Source: Bacillota bacterium
GTDB taxonomy: Bacteria > Bacillota > Clostridia > Christensenellales > CAG-917
Length of the DNA stretch: 64,000 bases
NCBI GenBank assembly: GCA_023665365.1
Contig: JAMPEA010000004.1
Coordinates: forward strand, 32,823-96,822
Direction of reading: 5' to 3'
Shown here: one piece after another, positions 26,688 through 36,231 of the stretch
How the letters are laid out: each line of letters begins with the position of its first letter
Numbering within the stretch: position 1 is the stretch's first letter
Position numbers and translations under genes: made by a program
The notes under the pieces: model-generated
What the model saw: the letters and a program-made list of their open reading frames with translations, nothing else
What the model was told of the DNA's origin: nothing
Databases searched by the model: none

Positions 26688-27236
26688 TTATTGCAGAGCG
26701 GAAGCTATCAGTTCGACGCAGAAATTCATATATGCGCGCGCAGTGTCGCTCGGCGCCGTATCCGTCAAAAGAAGCGCCGCGCCCATGAGGTCGCCGCCGA
26801 CTATGACGGGTTCGAGCACAAGATATTTGCAATCCGCGTCGCGGTCGAAAAATACGTCTTTGAGCGCCGCACCCTCGATAATCTCCGAGCGTCTTAAACG
26901 CACCGTGTTTGAAAATCCGTCGCTAAGCTCCGCCGATTGATACGCCCTTTTGTTTTTGCCCTCCGCGACCGTCACGGACGACGTGTCCACAAAAAGCACC
27001 GTAGCGTCCGTAGCCTTTGCGAGCAACTTCGCCGTCGATTTGATGATGGGCAGTACGCTCTCGAAACTGCTGTACTTGCGTAGCGTAAGCGCGTCGCCGT
27101 TCGAGAGAATTTCCATCTCGTCGCCCTCTTTGAGGTGCATAGTTCTTCTCATCTCTTTTGGTATCACTATACGCCCAAGCTCGTCTATTCTTCTGACGAT
27201 GCCGGCGGTAGTCATTGTTGATCCGATTGTAGCCAT
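26688..27236 (-). CDS. spoVT: Stage V sporulation protein T (AbrB-type regulator with GAF-like C-domain)
   Basis: 'GIVRRIDELGRIVIPKEMRRTMHLKEGDEMEI' is the SpoVT/AbrB swapped-hairpin N-domain. 182 aa. GGAGGA lies upstream. Confidence 0.85.
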   Translation of the reverse strand: MATIGSTMTTAGIVRRIDELGRIVIPKEMRRTMHLKEGDEMEILSNGDALTLRKYSSFESVLPIIKSTAKLLAKATDATVLFVDTSSVTVAEGKNKRAYQSAELSDGFSNTVRLRRSEIIEGAALKDVFFDRDADCKYLVLEPVIVGGDLMGAALLLTDTAPSDTARAYMNFCVELIASALQ

Positions 27237-27318
27237 AATTCCTCCGATTTGAGTTTAGTATTTTTCAAACGAGTAGGAATATTCAAGATTTTACAAAATT
27301 TACCCGCATATAAAAAAG

Positions 27319-27347
27319 CCCCGCAAAACCGTGGCGTTCTGCGGGAC
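27319..27347 (-). terminator. Terminator hairpin of the CCCCGCAAAAC family after the PI-PLC-like gene
   Basis: The minus strand reads CCCGCAGAAC-gccac-GGTTTTGCGGGG followed by CTTTTTTAT. The sequence is related to the hairpin units at 47.6 kb and 51.6 kb. Confidence 0.55.
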
Positions 27348-27368
27348 ATATATAGATAAATCCGCCGT

Positions 27369-28406
27369 TTAAGCGTAGCCGTTTACCACGTCCGCTATCA
27401 TGCGCGCGTAGTCGTCTGAGCATTCGTCCTTAACTACGCCCTTTGCGACGTTGAGCGTAAGCGTATAGCAATTCTTTATAGGGCTGATATAATCGCGCAT
27501 CACGATATTGATATATTGAAGATTTTCGTCGTCGGCGAGCGACACAACGCAGTCGTTCATATTTTTCTCGTGACAGCCCTCGCGGTATCGCGGTCCTATA
27601 ATCAACGCTCCGTCCGTAAGCTGACCCTGCAACACAAAGAGTCCGCCGCGGCTGTTTTTGTACATTTCGATATATGCGGGGATTGCCTTTTCGATATATT
27701 TTTCAGAGGAATAGTACCAATTCCAATTCTTAGTATAAAAGGACTGCAAACAACCGACGTTCACGTCGCCGTGGTCGTCGTTGCGCACGAAGTAGCGGTT
27801 GTCGCTTGCGTACTCGTCCTCCTCTCCCCAGACGAGCATGCACTTGCCTCTGACCTCGCCGAGCGTAAGGTTTTCGACAAACTCCAAGTCGCTTTGCCCG
27901 TCCGCCTTTTCGACAAACATATCCAAGAGGTATTCGTCGAGCAATTCGGCGGTTTTCGCCTTAGCCTCTCCGTTGCCGAACTTATGCACGTCGAGTATCA
28001 CCGTTTCGGAGGGATTTGCAATCAAAAAGTCGCGCACGTCGCGCAGAACGTCTTTGAGATATAGCCCGTACGCGGGACCGTGATAAATGCGACACTCCCC
28101 TTTTTTCATCTTTACGCGCACGTCGAAGTAGCGCGTGCCGCAGGCGAGCTGGTCGGCGATGTCTCGGCTTTGGGTTTTGCTGAACCAAATCATATTTTCC
28201 GAGCCGGAGTCGTGCGACCCGGGGATTGCTATGCTTTTGAGCGGGGTTTCGTCCTCGATATAGGAAAGCCACTCGGACAGCGCGTCTATCGGCTTGGTTT
28301 TGTCGTTGATACGCCCCGCTATGCCGGCGCAAACGCTTATCGCTATGATAACGGCAAGCAAAAACACGGCTACGACGATTAGCGTTATCTTAACCCCTAA
28401 TTTCAT
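27369..28406 (-). CDS. Membrane-anchored PI-PLC X-domain (PLC-like phosphodiesterase) protein
   Basis: N-terminal TM helix, then 'IAIPGSHDSGS...GTRYFDVRV...RIYHG', consistent with the PI-PLC X-box catalytic pattern. Confidence 0.65.
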   Translation of the reverse strand: MKLGVKITLIVVAVFLLAVIIAISVCAGIAGRINDKTKPIDALSEWLSYIEDETPLKSIAIPGSHDSGSENMIWFSKTQSRDIADQLACGTRYFDVRVKMKKGECRIYHGPAYGLYLKDVLRDVRDFLIANPSETVILDVHKFGNGEAKAKTAELLDEYLLDMFVEKADGQSDLEFVENLTLGEVRGKCMLVWGEEDEYASDNRYFVRNDDHGDVNVGCLQSFYTKNWNWYYSSEKYIEKAIPAYIEMYKNSRGGLFVLQGQLTDGALIIGPRYREGCHEKNMNDCVVSLADDENLQYINIVMRDYISPIKNCYTLTLNVAKGVVKDECSDDYARMIADVVNGYA

Positions 28407-28430
28407 AATTTCTCCCCTACGGTTAAGCCG

Positions 28431-28718
28431 TCAATAATTGAGATACAGTTTCGGCTTTTTGTCGTCGAGCACGCGCTCGACAATTAGCACGTCGAAATCC
28501 ACGTCCTCGATAAAGTCGCGGGCAAGGAACTTCACTCTGTTGAACCTTTCAAGATGCTTTAAGTGCGTTGCGAGTATCACAGGCGTTGCTACGTCGAGCT
28601 TATAAGCAACCTCTTGCATAAGCGTTTGAAATCCCGATTGATTGAGCGGCAAATTTTCCTCGTATATCACGTCATTGAGGATTTTATCGCCTTTCATCAC
28701 TTTTGCCCAAACTTTCAT
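28431..28718 (-). CDS. Small hypothetical protein
   Basis: 95 aa from 'MKVWAKVMKGDKILND', with AAGAGGT 5 nt upstream. No family recognised. The upstream part of the track ORF lacks an RBS. Confidence 0.4.
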   Translation of the reverse strand: MKVWAKVMKGDKILNDVIYEENLPLNQSGFQTLMQEVAYKLDVATPVILATHLKHLERFNRVKFLARDFIEDVDFDVLIVERVLDDKKPKLYLNY

Positions 28719-28940
28719 TGTGACCTCTTTGTATTTGCTATCAATATAATAGCATATCGCAAAATCCTCGGCAATAGCGAGCGCAAAAAAAATCTCGCGC
28801 GCCGACCGCGACTTTTGAAATGTGTGTCCAATCCGCGTCAAGGCACTAAATATAGTATATTTTATAATCAGATGATTTAGAGATTGCTTCCCGCGGCAAA
28901 GTGTGCTAATCTAAATCAGCATTTCACGGGAGGAGTTGAG

Positions 28941-30380
28941 ATGAGCTTTGCAAAATTTTCAAGCGATTATCTGATGGAAACGTTTACGCTTGTAGACAAT
29001 CTGTTTATCAACGAATATCTGCCCTCCTGCGACGAGAAGCAGATAAAGGTGTATCTCTACGGGCTTTATCTGTGCGCCAATCCCGCAAAGGACAACTCTA
29101 TCGACGCGCTCTGCGCCCGTCTCGATATGACCGAAAACGAGATTATAAAAGTCTACGAGGAATTCGAGAACGGCGGTCTTTTGCAGATAGTGTCGCGCGA
29201 GCCGCTTGAAATAAAGTATCTGAGCCTCAAAAAATCCATGCAGCCGCCCAAGAAGTATAAGGGCGAAAAGTGGAACGATTTCAATACGCACCTGCAAAGG
29301 CTTTTCCCCGAGCGCATGCTCACCCCCAACGAATATAACGAATACTATACGTTCCTCGACGACACTAAGATGGAGCAGGACGCAATGCTTATGATAGTGC
29401 AGTATTGCATCGACCTCAAAGGCATGAACGTGCGCTACCCCTACATTTTGACAGTTGCGCGAAATTGGGCGCGAGACGGAGTGCGCACCGCCTCCGACGT
29501 AGAGGAAAAGCTAAAAGAATACGACACGCTTAGCGAGCAAATGCGCGCGGTGCTTGCCGCCCTCGGGAGAAAGGGCAACGCCGAGCTTGAAGAAAAGCAG
29601 ATGCTTTTAAAATGGTCGCGCAGTTGGGGCTACGAGCAGGACGCAATCCTCGCCGCGATAAAGACGCTGAAAGGTTCTAAGAGTTTTCAAAAGCTCGACG
29701 CAAAGCTCGACGAGTTTTATCGCACGTCGATTTTCACCGCCGAGCAAATCAAGGATTATCAAGCGCATATCGAGCATTTGCGAAGCGTCGCGCTTGCGGT
29801 CAACAAGACGCTCGGAGTTTTCTATGAATCCCTCGACCACGAAATCGAGGTATACATAGTGCCTTGGACGGTCAAGGGCTTCGAGGACGACGCCCTCACC
29901 AAAATTGCGCACCACTGCTTTATCACCAACGTGCGCACGCTCGACGGAATGAACAACGTAGTCAACAAATTCTATGCGCAGGGCTTGCTAACCTCTTTGA
30001 GCATAGACGAATATCTCGCCATTCAAATCGAGCAGGACGCGAAAATCAAAAAAATCATCGAAAAAAGCGGACGCGCCCGCGCCGTCACGCAAGCGGATAG
30101 AGATTACTATCGCACGTGGTCGGTCGTATGGGGCTTCGACGACGAGCTTATTTCCTACGCCGCCGAGCAAGCCGCGGGCAAAACCTACCCCACTCCCTAC
30201 ATAAATCAACTGCTTTCTGCGTACAAAGCAAAGGGAGTCACCACCGTGGAGCAGGCAAAGCGCACTCCCCTAACCCCGTCGAGCACGCGCGTATCCGACC
30301 ACAAAGAGAGAGTCTACACCCCCGAGGAACTGCACTCCATAGTGAGGAGCATAGGCACTTTCAGCGACGCGGACTTATGA
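28941..30380 (+). CDS. DnaD-domain replication initiation / membrane attachment protein (B. subtilis DnaB-like)
   Basis: GGGAGGAG RBS before 'MSFAKFSSDYL'. It has repeated DnaD-like modules ('YLYGLYLCANP...', 'MIVQYCIDLKGMNVRYPYILTVARNWARDGVRT') and is followed by a DnaI-type loader gene. Confidence 0.7.
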   Translation: MSFAKFSSDYLMETFTLVDNLFINEYLPSCDEKQIKVYLYGLYLCANPAKDNSIDALCARLDMTENEIIKVYEEFENGGLLQIVSREPLEIKYLSLKKSMQPPKKYKGEKWNDFNTHLQRLFPERMLTPNEYNEYYTFLDDTKMEQDAMLMIVQYCIDLKGMNVRYPYILTVARNWARDGVRTASDVEEKLKEYDTLSEQMRAVLAALGRKGNAELEEKQMLLKWSRSWGYEQDAILAAIKTLKGSKSFQKLDAKLDEFYRTSIFTAEQIKDYQAHIEHLRSVALAVNKTLGVFYESLDHEIEVYIVPWTVKGFEDDALTKIAHHCFITNVRTLDGMNNVVNKFYAQGLLTSLSIDEYLAIQIEQDAKIKKIIEKSGRARAVTQADRDYYRTWSVVWGFDDELISYAAEQAAGKTYPTPYINQLLSAYKAKGVTTVEQAKRTPLTPSSTRVSDHKERVYTPEELHSIVRSIGTFSDADL

Positions 30381-30387
30381 GGTTGAT

Positions 30388-31308
30388 ATGAAACAACGAG
30401 CGATAAAATCCGTCACGGTATTGCGTGAATATAAAATCGGACAGGCGAAAGCGGCAGCCGAAAGAAGGCTTGCCGAGGCTCTTTCCATTCCCGAAATCGC
30501 AAAGGCGCACGCCGACTACGTGAACCTCCGCTTCAAAGCGGCTCTGAAAAAATCCGAAAACGAGGCGGAAGCGGACAACGCGTTAAACGCGTATAAATCC
30601 GCCCTAAAAGCGCACGGCTTCGACGAGCGCGAGTTCGAGTACGCTCCCCTCTGTCCGATTTGCGGCGACGCGGGCGTAAAAGACGGCAAGGTCTGTCAGT
30701 GCGTTTGGAGCGACTATATCGCCGCATTAAAAAAGGTTTGCGAGATTGAAAAAAAGGCGACTTTCACATTCGCCGATTGCAATTTCGACGGCTTAGACGA
30801 CGAAAAACAAAAAGACACGCTTAAATCTTTTTACGCGTTTATGGAGCAGTATTCTCAAAAACTGCCCGCCGTCAAACTGAAAAATATCGTATTCACGGGC
30901 GGCACGGGCACGGGCAAAACCTGTCTTGCGAGCGCGGTTGCGAGGAACGCCGTCGAACACGGCAAAAGCTGTAAATTTTTATCCGCATTCGAATTTAATA
31001 ACGAAATGCTGTCCGCGCACACCTCGCCCATTGCCGAGCGAGCGCACAAGATGCGCGATATTCTGACTGCGGATTTGCTTGTCATCGACGACCTCGGCGT
31101 TGAGCCTATTTACAAAAATGTCACCGTCGAATATCTTTTGCTCGTGCTTGAAGAACGCACCCGCGCGGGGCTTTGCACGCTTATCACCACAAATCTCGAC
31201 GACGGCGATTTGCAGACTAAGTACGGCGACAGAATATGCTCCCGTCTGCTCGACAAAAAGCACTCGCGCATAGCGGCTTTTGTCGGCAAGGATTTGAGGC
31301 TTTTATAA
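30388..31308 (+). CDS. dnaI: DnaI/DnaC-type helicase loader ATPase
   Basis: Zinc-binding 'CPICGDAGVKDGKVCQC', Walker A 'GGTGTGKT' and Walker B 'LLVIDDLG'. The IstB/DnaC AAA+ pattern fits. Confidence 0.8.
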   Translation: MKQRAIKSVTVLREYKIGQAKAAAERRLAEALSIPEIAKAHADYVNLRFKAALKKSENEAEADNALNAYKSALKAHGFDEREFEYAPLCPICGDAGVKDGKVCQCVWSDYIAALKKVCEIEKKATFTFADCNFDGLDDEKQKDTLKSFYAFMEQYSQKLPAVKLKNIVFTGGTGTGKTCLASAVARNAVEHGKSCKFLSAFEFNNEMLSAHTSPIAERAHKMRDILTADLLVIDDLGVEPIYKNVTVEYLLLVLEERTRAGLCTLITTNLDDGDLQTKYGDRICSRLLDKKHSRIAAFVGKDLRLL

Positions 31309-31327
31309 TCGCTTGACTAAAAGATAA

Positions 31328-31353
31328 ATCCCCGCAATCTCGCGGGGATTTTT
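31328..31353. terminator. Bidirectional terminator between dnaI and the aldolase-like gene
   Basis: ATCCCCGC-aatctc-GCGGGGAT followed by TTTTAAATTT. Confidence 0.6.
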
Positions 31354-31378
31354 AAATTTGCGATTTTAAGTTTTTATT

Positions 31379-32611
31379 TTAATTTTCTTCGAGGTGCGCC
31401 TTGCAAGCGTTTTCTGCAAGCTCGACAAGCGCATAAAGTTCCTGCTCGCTATCCGCTTTGACAATCGCGCCGTGTTGCGCCATAAGACAGACCTTGCAAT
31501 CGCCCGCAAGTTCGGCGGCTTTTTCGTAGCCCTTTTTTGAAAGTATCATCTTCGACGGCAGGCACTTGATTTCATCGCCTAACTTTTCCTTGTATTCGTC
31601 GCCGACGACCGTCATAGGTTTGCCTATCGCGCAAACCGCGGTTATATATCGCGGGCACGCAAATCCTACGACTTTGCCATTCAACGTAATCTTTTTCGCA
31701 ACAGCTTCGCTGTTTTGACTCTGCTGTGCGTCGCTTTCTATATTTTCGTTGGTGACTTCGTCACTTTGACTCTGCTGTCCATCACTATCATTCTTTTCGG
31801 TGACTTCGGCAACTTCGTTGCTTTGACTTTGCTGTTCGTCTCTGTCTTGCTTTTCAGCGACTTCGGCAACTTCGTTGCTTTGGTTCTGTTTTTCGTCGCT
31901 TTCTATATTTTCGGCAACCTCATTGCTTTGGCTTTGATTTGCGTTGCCATCGTTATTTTTGTCGGCTTCTGCGGGTTGAGTGTTTTTGTCGACCTCGACT
32001 TTTTCCTTTGAGGTGAGCTTGTACACGACCTGCTCGATAAACGCGTTTATCGGGTTTATATGCGCTGTGCCGCCCTTGTTTTCGGCAAGGATTTCCGCCG
32101 AGCAAGCCTTATCCAAAACGTCCGTCGCTTTGAGGAGCTCCTTCAAACTGCGCGCCTTGACGACCGCGCCCGCATCGGGCATAAAACAGGCGTTGCGATA
32201 GCCCGCAAGCGACGTAACGATTTCCGCCGCCACGTTTTTGGACGAGCACTTGACCGTCACGCCGAGCAGTTTTGCCACGTTATCCATGACCGCTTGCAGA
32301 GGCTTGCGCTTGCTCGAATATTCGAGAATAGCGTCGCTGTCCACGATAGCCGCGACCTCGGACATTTTGTCCTGACGGATAGCGCAAAAAAGTATAACCG
32401 CCGCCGCGCGGAAGTTGCCCTCGAACGACTCGATATTCTTGTCGTTGACAAATACCACGTCCTTTTCGCCGATATTGTTCAAGTCGGCTTTTTGGGCGGT
32501 GATTGCAATGCCGTCGCCGTCGCGCACCGCGATATATCCGCTTTCGATGAATTTTTTTTCTGAAAAGAGTTTTGCGCACTCGCTGATACTGCCTATGAGT
32601 TTGCTGTCCAT
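31379..32611 (-). CDS. Class II aldolase/adducin-like domain protein interrupted by an acidic Q/S/E-rich repeat linker
   Basis: 410 aa. The N-terminal ~200 aa and C-terminal ~100 aa resemble aldolase-II halves ('MAQHGAIVKADSEQELYALVELAENACKA'). The middle ~90 aa is repetitive ('QSNEVAEVAEKQD...'). Confidence 0.55.
   Translation of the reverse strand: MDSKLIGSISECAKLFSEKKFIESGYIAVRDGDGIAITAQKADLNNIGEKDVVFVNDKNIESFEGNFRAAAVILFCAIRQDKMSEVAAIVDSDAILEYSSKRKPLQAVMDNVAKLLGVTVKCSSKNVAAEIVTSLAGYRNACFMPDAGAVVKARSLKELLKATDVLDKACSAEILAENKGGTAHINPINAFIEQVVYKLTSKEKVEVDKNTQPAEADKNNDGNANQSQSNEVAENIESDEKQNQSNEVAEVAEKQDRDEQQSQSNEVAEVTEKNDSDGQQSQSDEVTNENIESDAQQSQNSEAVAKKITLNGKVVGFACPRYITAVCAIGKPMTVVGDEYKEKLGDEIKCLPSKMILSKKGYEKAAELAGDCKVCLMAQHGAIVKADSEQELYALVELAENACKAHLEEN
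31700..31975 (-). repeat. In-frame imperfect tandem repeat (~50-60 nt units, 4-5 copies)
   Basis: Reiterated gacttcggcaacttcgttgctttg... blocks encode (Q/N)QSNEVAEV(A/T)EK-like units. Confidence 0.7.
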
Positions 32612-32710
32612 ACTGTCTCCTAATAAGTATAAAAGATTATTGACCGATTATTATAATATCAAACTATCGGCGTAATTAAAAGCGAAATATACTATTTTGC
32701 GGTCGAAATT

Positions 32711-34039
32711 TTATTTTTTAAGGATAACATCGTCCGCGATAAAAGCGCGATAGATGGCGTTTATCGCTTTTTCGTAGTCGGAAGTATCCACGGCTACGAT
32801 GATATTGAGCTCCGACGAGCCTTGGTCGATCATTCTTACGTTTACGCCGCATTTTGCGAGCGCGTTGAAAAGCGTAGCGGCAGTGCCCTTGCGCGAAGCC
32901 ATTGCGTGTCCGACGGTGGCGATGAGCGCAAGCCCCTTGTGTATATCTATGCTGTCGCCGTTGACAGCGTCCTGCAACCTTGCGAGCACCCTCTGCATTT
33001 TGCTATTCAGATACTCGTCGCGTATCACGACCGACAGCGTATCTATACCCGACGGCAGATGCTCAAAGGAAATCCCCTCCTCCTCCAACACGCCGAGCAC
33101 CTTTCTCCCGAAGCCGATTTCGCTGTTCATCATATCCTTTTCGATATTGATAATCGTAAAGTTTTTCTTGCCTGCTATGCCCGTGATTGCCTTGTCGTCT
33201 TTCTTTTTGAGCTTGCCGTTTGCGACTATCATCGTGCCCTTGTACGACGGATTAAAGGTGTTTCTGATATTTATAGGAATTCCCGCGCTCCTCACGGGAA
33301 AGATTGACTCGGGATGCAACACCTCCGCGCCCATATACGCGAGCTCTCTAAGCTCACGATAGCTGAGGCAGTCTATTATTTTGGGATTATCCACAATGCG
33401 CGGGTCGGCGCTCAAAAAGCCGTCCACGTCCGTCCAGTTTTCATAAACGTCGGCGTTGACGGCGCGCGCGACGATTGCGCCCGTTATGTCCGAGCCGCCC
33501 CTTGAAAACGTCCTTATCTCGCTCTCCGCGTCCGAGCCGTAAAAGCCGGGGATTACAGCCCTTTTTACGCCCGTCAGCCTGTCTTTAAGATTTTCTATGG
33601 ACTTTTCGAGAAGCAAATTCCCTTCCCCGTCAAATAAAATAAGCCCCGCCGCGTCGATAAACTCCGCGCCGAGACGGGACGATAAAACGATTGCGCTCAA
33701 ATACTCTCCGCGAGAGGCGCAAAACTCGCGCGAACGGCGGGTTTCCATATCCCGCTTGACGCAAGAAAGTATGCCTTTTATGTCGAGCTTCGGCGATATT
33801 TCGCTTGCCATATCGCAAAAGCGTTCGCTTATGATTTCAAAACTCTTATCGCAACTGCCCGAAGCGGCGATTTCATCGTAGCAGTTATACAGCGCGTCGG
33901 TTATTTTAATATCCGACTTATCCCTTTTGCCGGGCGCGGATACGACGATAAATCTGCGCGTCCTGTCGCCGTTTATGATTTCGACAACCCGCGCCCTGCC
34001 GTTTGCCATCGAGGTTCCGCCGAATTTGCATACTTTCAT
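32711..34039 (-). CDS. Aspartate kinase
   Basis: 'MKVCKFGGTSMA' N-terminus, the kinase core 'GGSDITGA' and C-terminal ACT-like repeats. 442 aa. Confidence 0.9.
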   Translation of the reverse strand: MKVCKFGGTSMANGRARVVEIINGDRTRRFIVVSAPGKRDKSDIKITDALYNCYDEIAASGSCDKSFEIISERFCDMASEISPKLDIKGILSCVKRDMETRRSREFCASRGEYLSAIVLSSRLGAEFIDAAGLILFDGEGNLLLEKSIENLKDRLTGVKRAVIPGFYGSDAESEIRTFSRGGSDITGAIVARAVNADVYENWTDVDGFLSADPRIVDNPKIIDCLSYRELRELAYMGAEVLHPESIFPVRSAGIPINIRNTFNPSYKGTMIVANGKLKKKDDKAITGIAGKKNFTIINIEKDMMNSEIGFGRKVLGVLEEEGISFEHLPSGIDTLSVVIRDEYLNSKMQRVLARLQDAVNGDSIDIHKGLALIATVGHAMASRKGTAATLFNALAKCGVNVRMIDQGSSELNIIVAVDTSDYEKAINAIYRAFIADDVILKK

Positions 34040-34121
34040 ATATCAGTTCTCCGTAAGCTATCACTTTCATTGTATTTAGCTTGGCGGATTTGCGACACTA
34101 AAACGAGCGTCGCCGATATAT

Positions 34122-35321
34122 CTATATTCTCTTAGCCTCTACGTAATATCTTTTTTCCTGCGCCTCGCCCATAGAGAACGTCTTTTTGCAAAGCGCGCCG
34201 TGCGCCGACACGTATGAAAACAGTTCGTCCTTTTTAAGACGCGGCATAATCACGGCAACGCCCGCGTTGTCCTTTGCGATAGCCGCGAGGTTGTCCTCGC
34301 CGTGAATATAGTCGATTTTGCAAGCGGGATTGGATTTCGCAAATTTTTCAAGCGCTTTTTGCACCGCGCTTATAGCCTCGGCGCAGTTTGAGGGCGCGTC
34401 AAACGCGACTTCCTTGCCGTTTACGACGGCTTTTATCTTGCCGCCGCCGCAAAGCGAATGTTTAAGCTCGTCTATAAGCTCCTCGCCCGCGCCGAACACG
34501 AAACGGTGTATAGGCTCGAACGCAATGCCGTCGTCATAGAGATTTTCCATTTCGCAAAGCGCAAATCTTGCGGGATGCGTCTTGCGCTCCTCCTCGCTCA
34601 AAGTCGGCTTTATCTCATTCCAGTACGCCTGCGCGGTCGCAAGCGAATGGTTGCCGTCGCCGACCGCAAACAGAAAGTCGTCCCCCGCGGCGAGCTTGTC
34701 GCTCGCGTATTTTTCAAACAGCTCGATAGCCTCGTTTGCGTCCACTTTGTAGCCTGCGATATGTCCTCCGCGCATATTGAGGTCGAAATCGTAAAGCGCT
34801 TCGCGCTCAGTCTTTGCAAGCTCCTCTATGACGCTCCTTTTCGCGTCGTCGAGCAAAAGGATTATGTGCGGCAGTTCGAGGGGCGCGCCCTCTCTTATTT
34901 TGAGCCTCGGCGGAATTCTGTCGGCAACGACGTCCTCCGTCGAGCGGATTTGCGCGTGCGACGGGTGCGTAAAGCAGTAGTCTTCAAGGTCGATGCCTAC
35001 AACAAGCCCATATCTGACGCTATCGAATTCGGTCGTTCTCTTGACGAGCACAAAGGTATTTTTATACTCCTTAAATACGCCGTCAGCGAGATATTGCGCC
35101 ATAGTTTTATGTATCTCAGCGATGCGCCTGTCGCCCTCCTTTTCGCCGAGATAGACCTCGGGATAGATGAGCCTAAGCGTACTCTTTTTCTCGCCCACGA
35201 GGGCGTCAAGCTCCCGCCAATAGTCGGGTTGTGAGGTGAACTGGTCGCACGCCACGACCGACCATATCGTATAGTCGGCGGCTTTTGGCAACAGAATATC
35301 TACGGGTTTTATCGCTGTCAT
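34122..35321 (-). CDS. DUF1015 family protein
   Basis: 399 aa. 'IKPVDILLPKAADYTIWSVVACDQFTSQPDYW' and 'FAVGDGNHSLATAQAYW' match the DUF1015 pattern as I recall it. Its ATG overlaps the cdaA stop (TAATG). Confidence 0.75.
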   Translation of the reverse strand: MTAIKPVDILLPKAADYTIWSVVACDQFTSQPDYWRELDALVGEKKSTLRLIYPEVYLGEKEGDRRIAEIHKTMAQYLADGVFKEYKNTFVLVKRTTEFDSVRYGLVVGIDLEDYCFTHPSHAQIRSTEDVVADRIPPRLKIREGAPLELPHIILLLDDAKRSVIEELAKTEREALYDFDLNMRGGHIAGYKVDANEAIELFEKYASDKLAAGDDFLFAVGDGNHSLATAQAYWNEIKPTLSEEERKTHPARFALCEMENLYDDGIAFEPIHRFVFGAGEELIDELKHSLCGGGKIKAVVNGKEVAFDAPSNCAEAISAVQKALEKFAKSNPACKIDYIHGEDNLAAIAKDNAGVAVIMPRLKKDELFSYVSAHGALCKKTFSMGEAQEKRYYVEAKRI

Positions 35322-36175
35322 TATTGAAACCTGTTATTTTTATGTTTTTTCTTGATTTCTCTGCGGACGGCGGAGGTCACGCTGGGCGCGATGCCATAGG
35401 CTGTCTCGATCGCGTCGTTGAGCTTATCCATAGTCATATAGCGGCTGATTTCGCCGTGCTTGACGACGGATATAATGCCCGTCTCCTCGCTGTTGACGAT
35501 TGAAAGCACGTCCGTATCCTCCGTTACGCCGATTGCGGCGCGGTGACGGGTGCCCATCTCCTTATTGACGTTGCGCTGGGTGAGCGTGAGGAAGCACCCC
35601 GCCGCGATGATGCGGTTGCCTCGCACGATGACTGCGCCGTCGTGCAAAGGACCTTTTGTGATAAATATACTTTCAAGCAAAGGCGCGGTCAAAAGCGCGT
35701 CGAGGCGCGTGCCCGTATCGAGGATATTGTCCTTTATTTCGCCCGCGGAGTCGATGATGATAATCGCGCCAACGTCCTGCTTTGCCATATCTTGGCAGGC
35801 GGTGAGGATTTCAAGCGTAGCGGCGCGAAGCTCGTCGTTGCTGTTGTGAAGCTCGATATTACGCGGAGTGGAAACCTTTTGGAAAATGTTTTTGAGGTCG
35901 TTTTGATACACGACGCACGCCGCGACTATATCGAAAACAACGACGAAGTGCGTTATGTATCGCGCAACTTCGAGCGCGCTGTGTCCCACGTATCCCGCGA
36001 CGACGTTGACCGCAATGTCCAAAATCACGCCCGCAAGCAACAACAACAAAACCTTGACATTGCGCTTGTATACAAAAAAGCAGATGATTGCTACAAGCAC
36101 GGCAACCAAAAGCACCGCGTCAATCAAGGCGTACAGGTCGATGTTTTTAAAAAATTCAAAAAAATCGTACTTCAT
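35321..36175 (-). CDS. cdaA: Diadenylate cyclase CdaA
   Basis: Three N-terminal TM helices plus a DisA_N domain ('GPLHDGAVIVRGNRIIAAGCFL', 'GTRHRAAIGVTE'). Confidence 0.9.
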   Translation of the reverse strand: MKYDFFEFFKNIDLYALIDAVLLVAVLVAIICFFVYKRNVKVLLLLLAGVILDIAVNVVAGYVGHSALEVARYITHFVVVFDIVAACVVYQNDLKNIFQKVSTPRNIELHNSNDELRAATLEILTACQDMAKQDVGAIIIIDSAGEIKDNILDTGTRLDALLTAPLLESIFITKGPLHDGAVIVRGNRIIAAGCFLTLTQRNVNKEMGTRHRAAIGVTEDTDVLSIVNSEETGIISVVKHGEISRYMTMDKLNDAIETAYGIAPSVTSAVRREIKKKHKNNRFQ

Positions 36176-36231
36176 TTTTTCTCCGTCCCACTATATTGAT
36201 AATTATATTTTCTGTTTGCAGTTTAGGCTTT

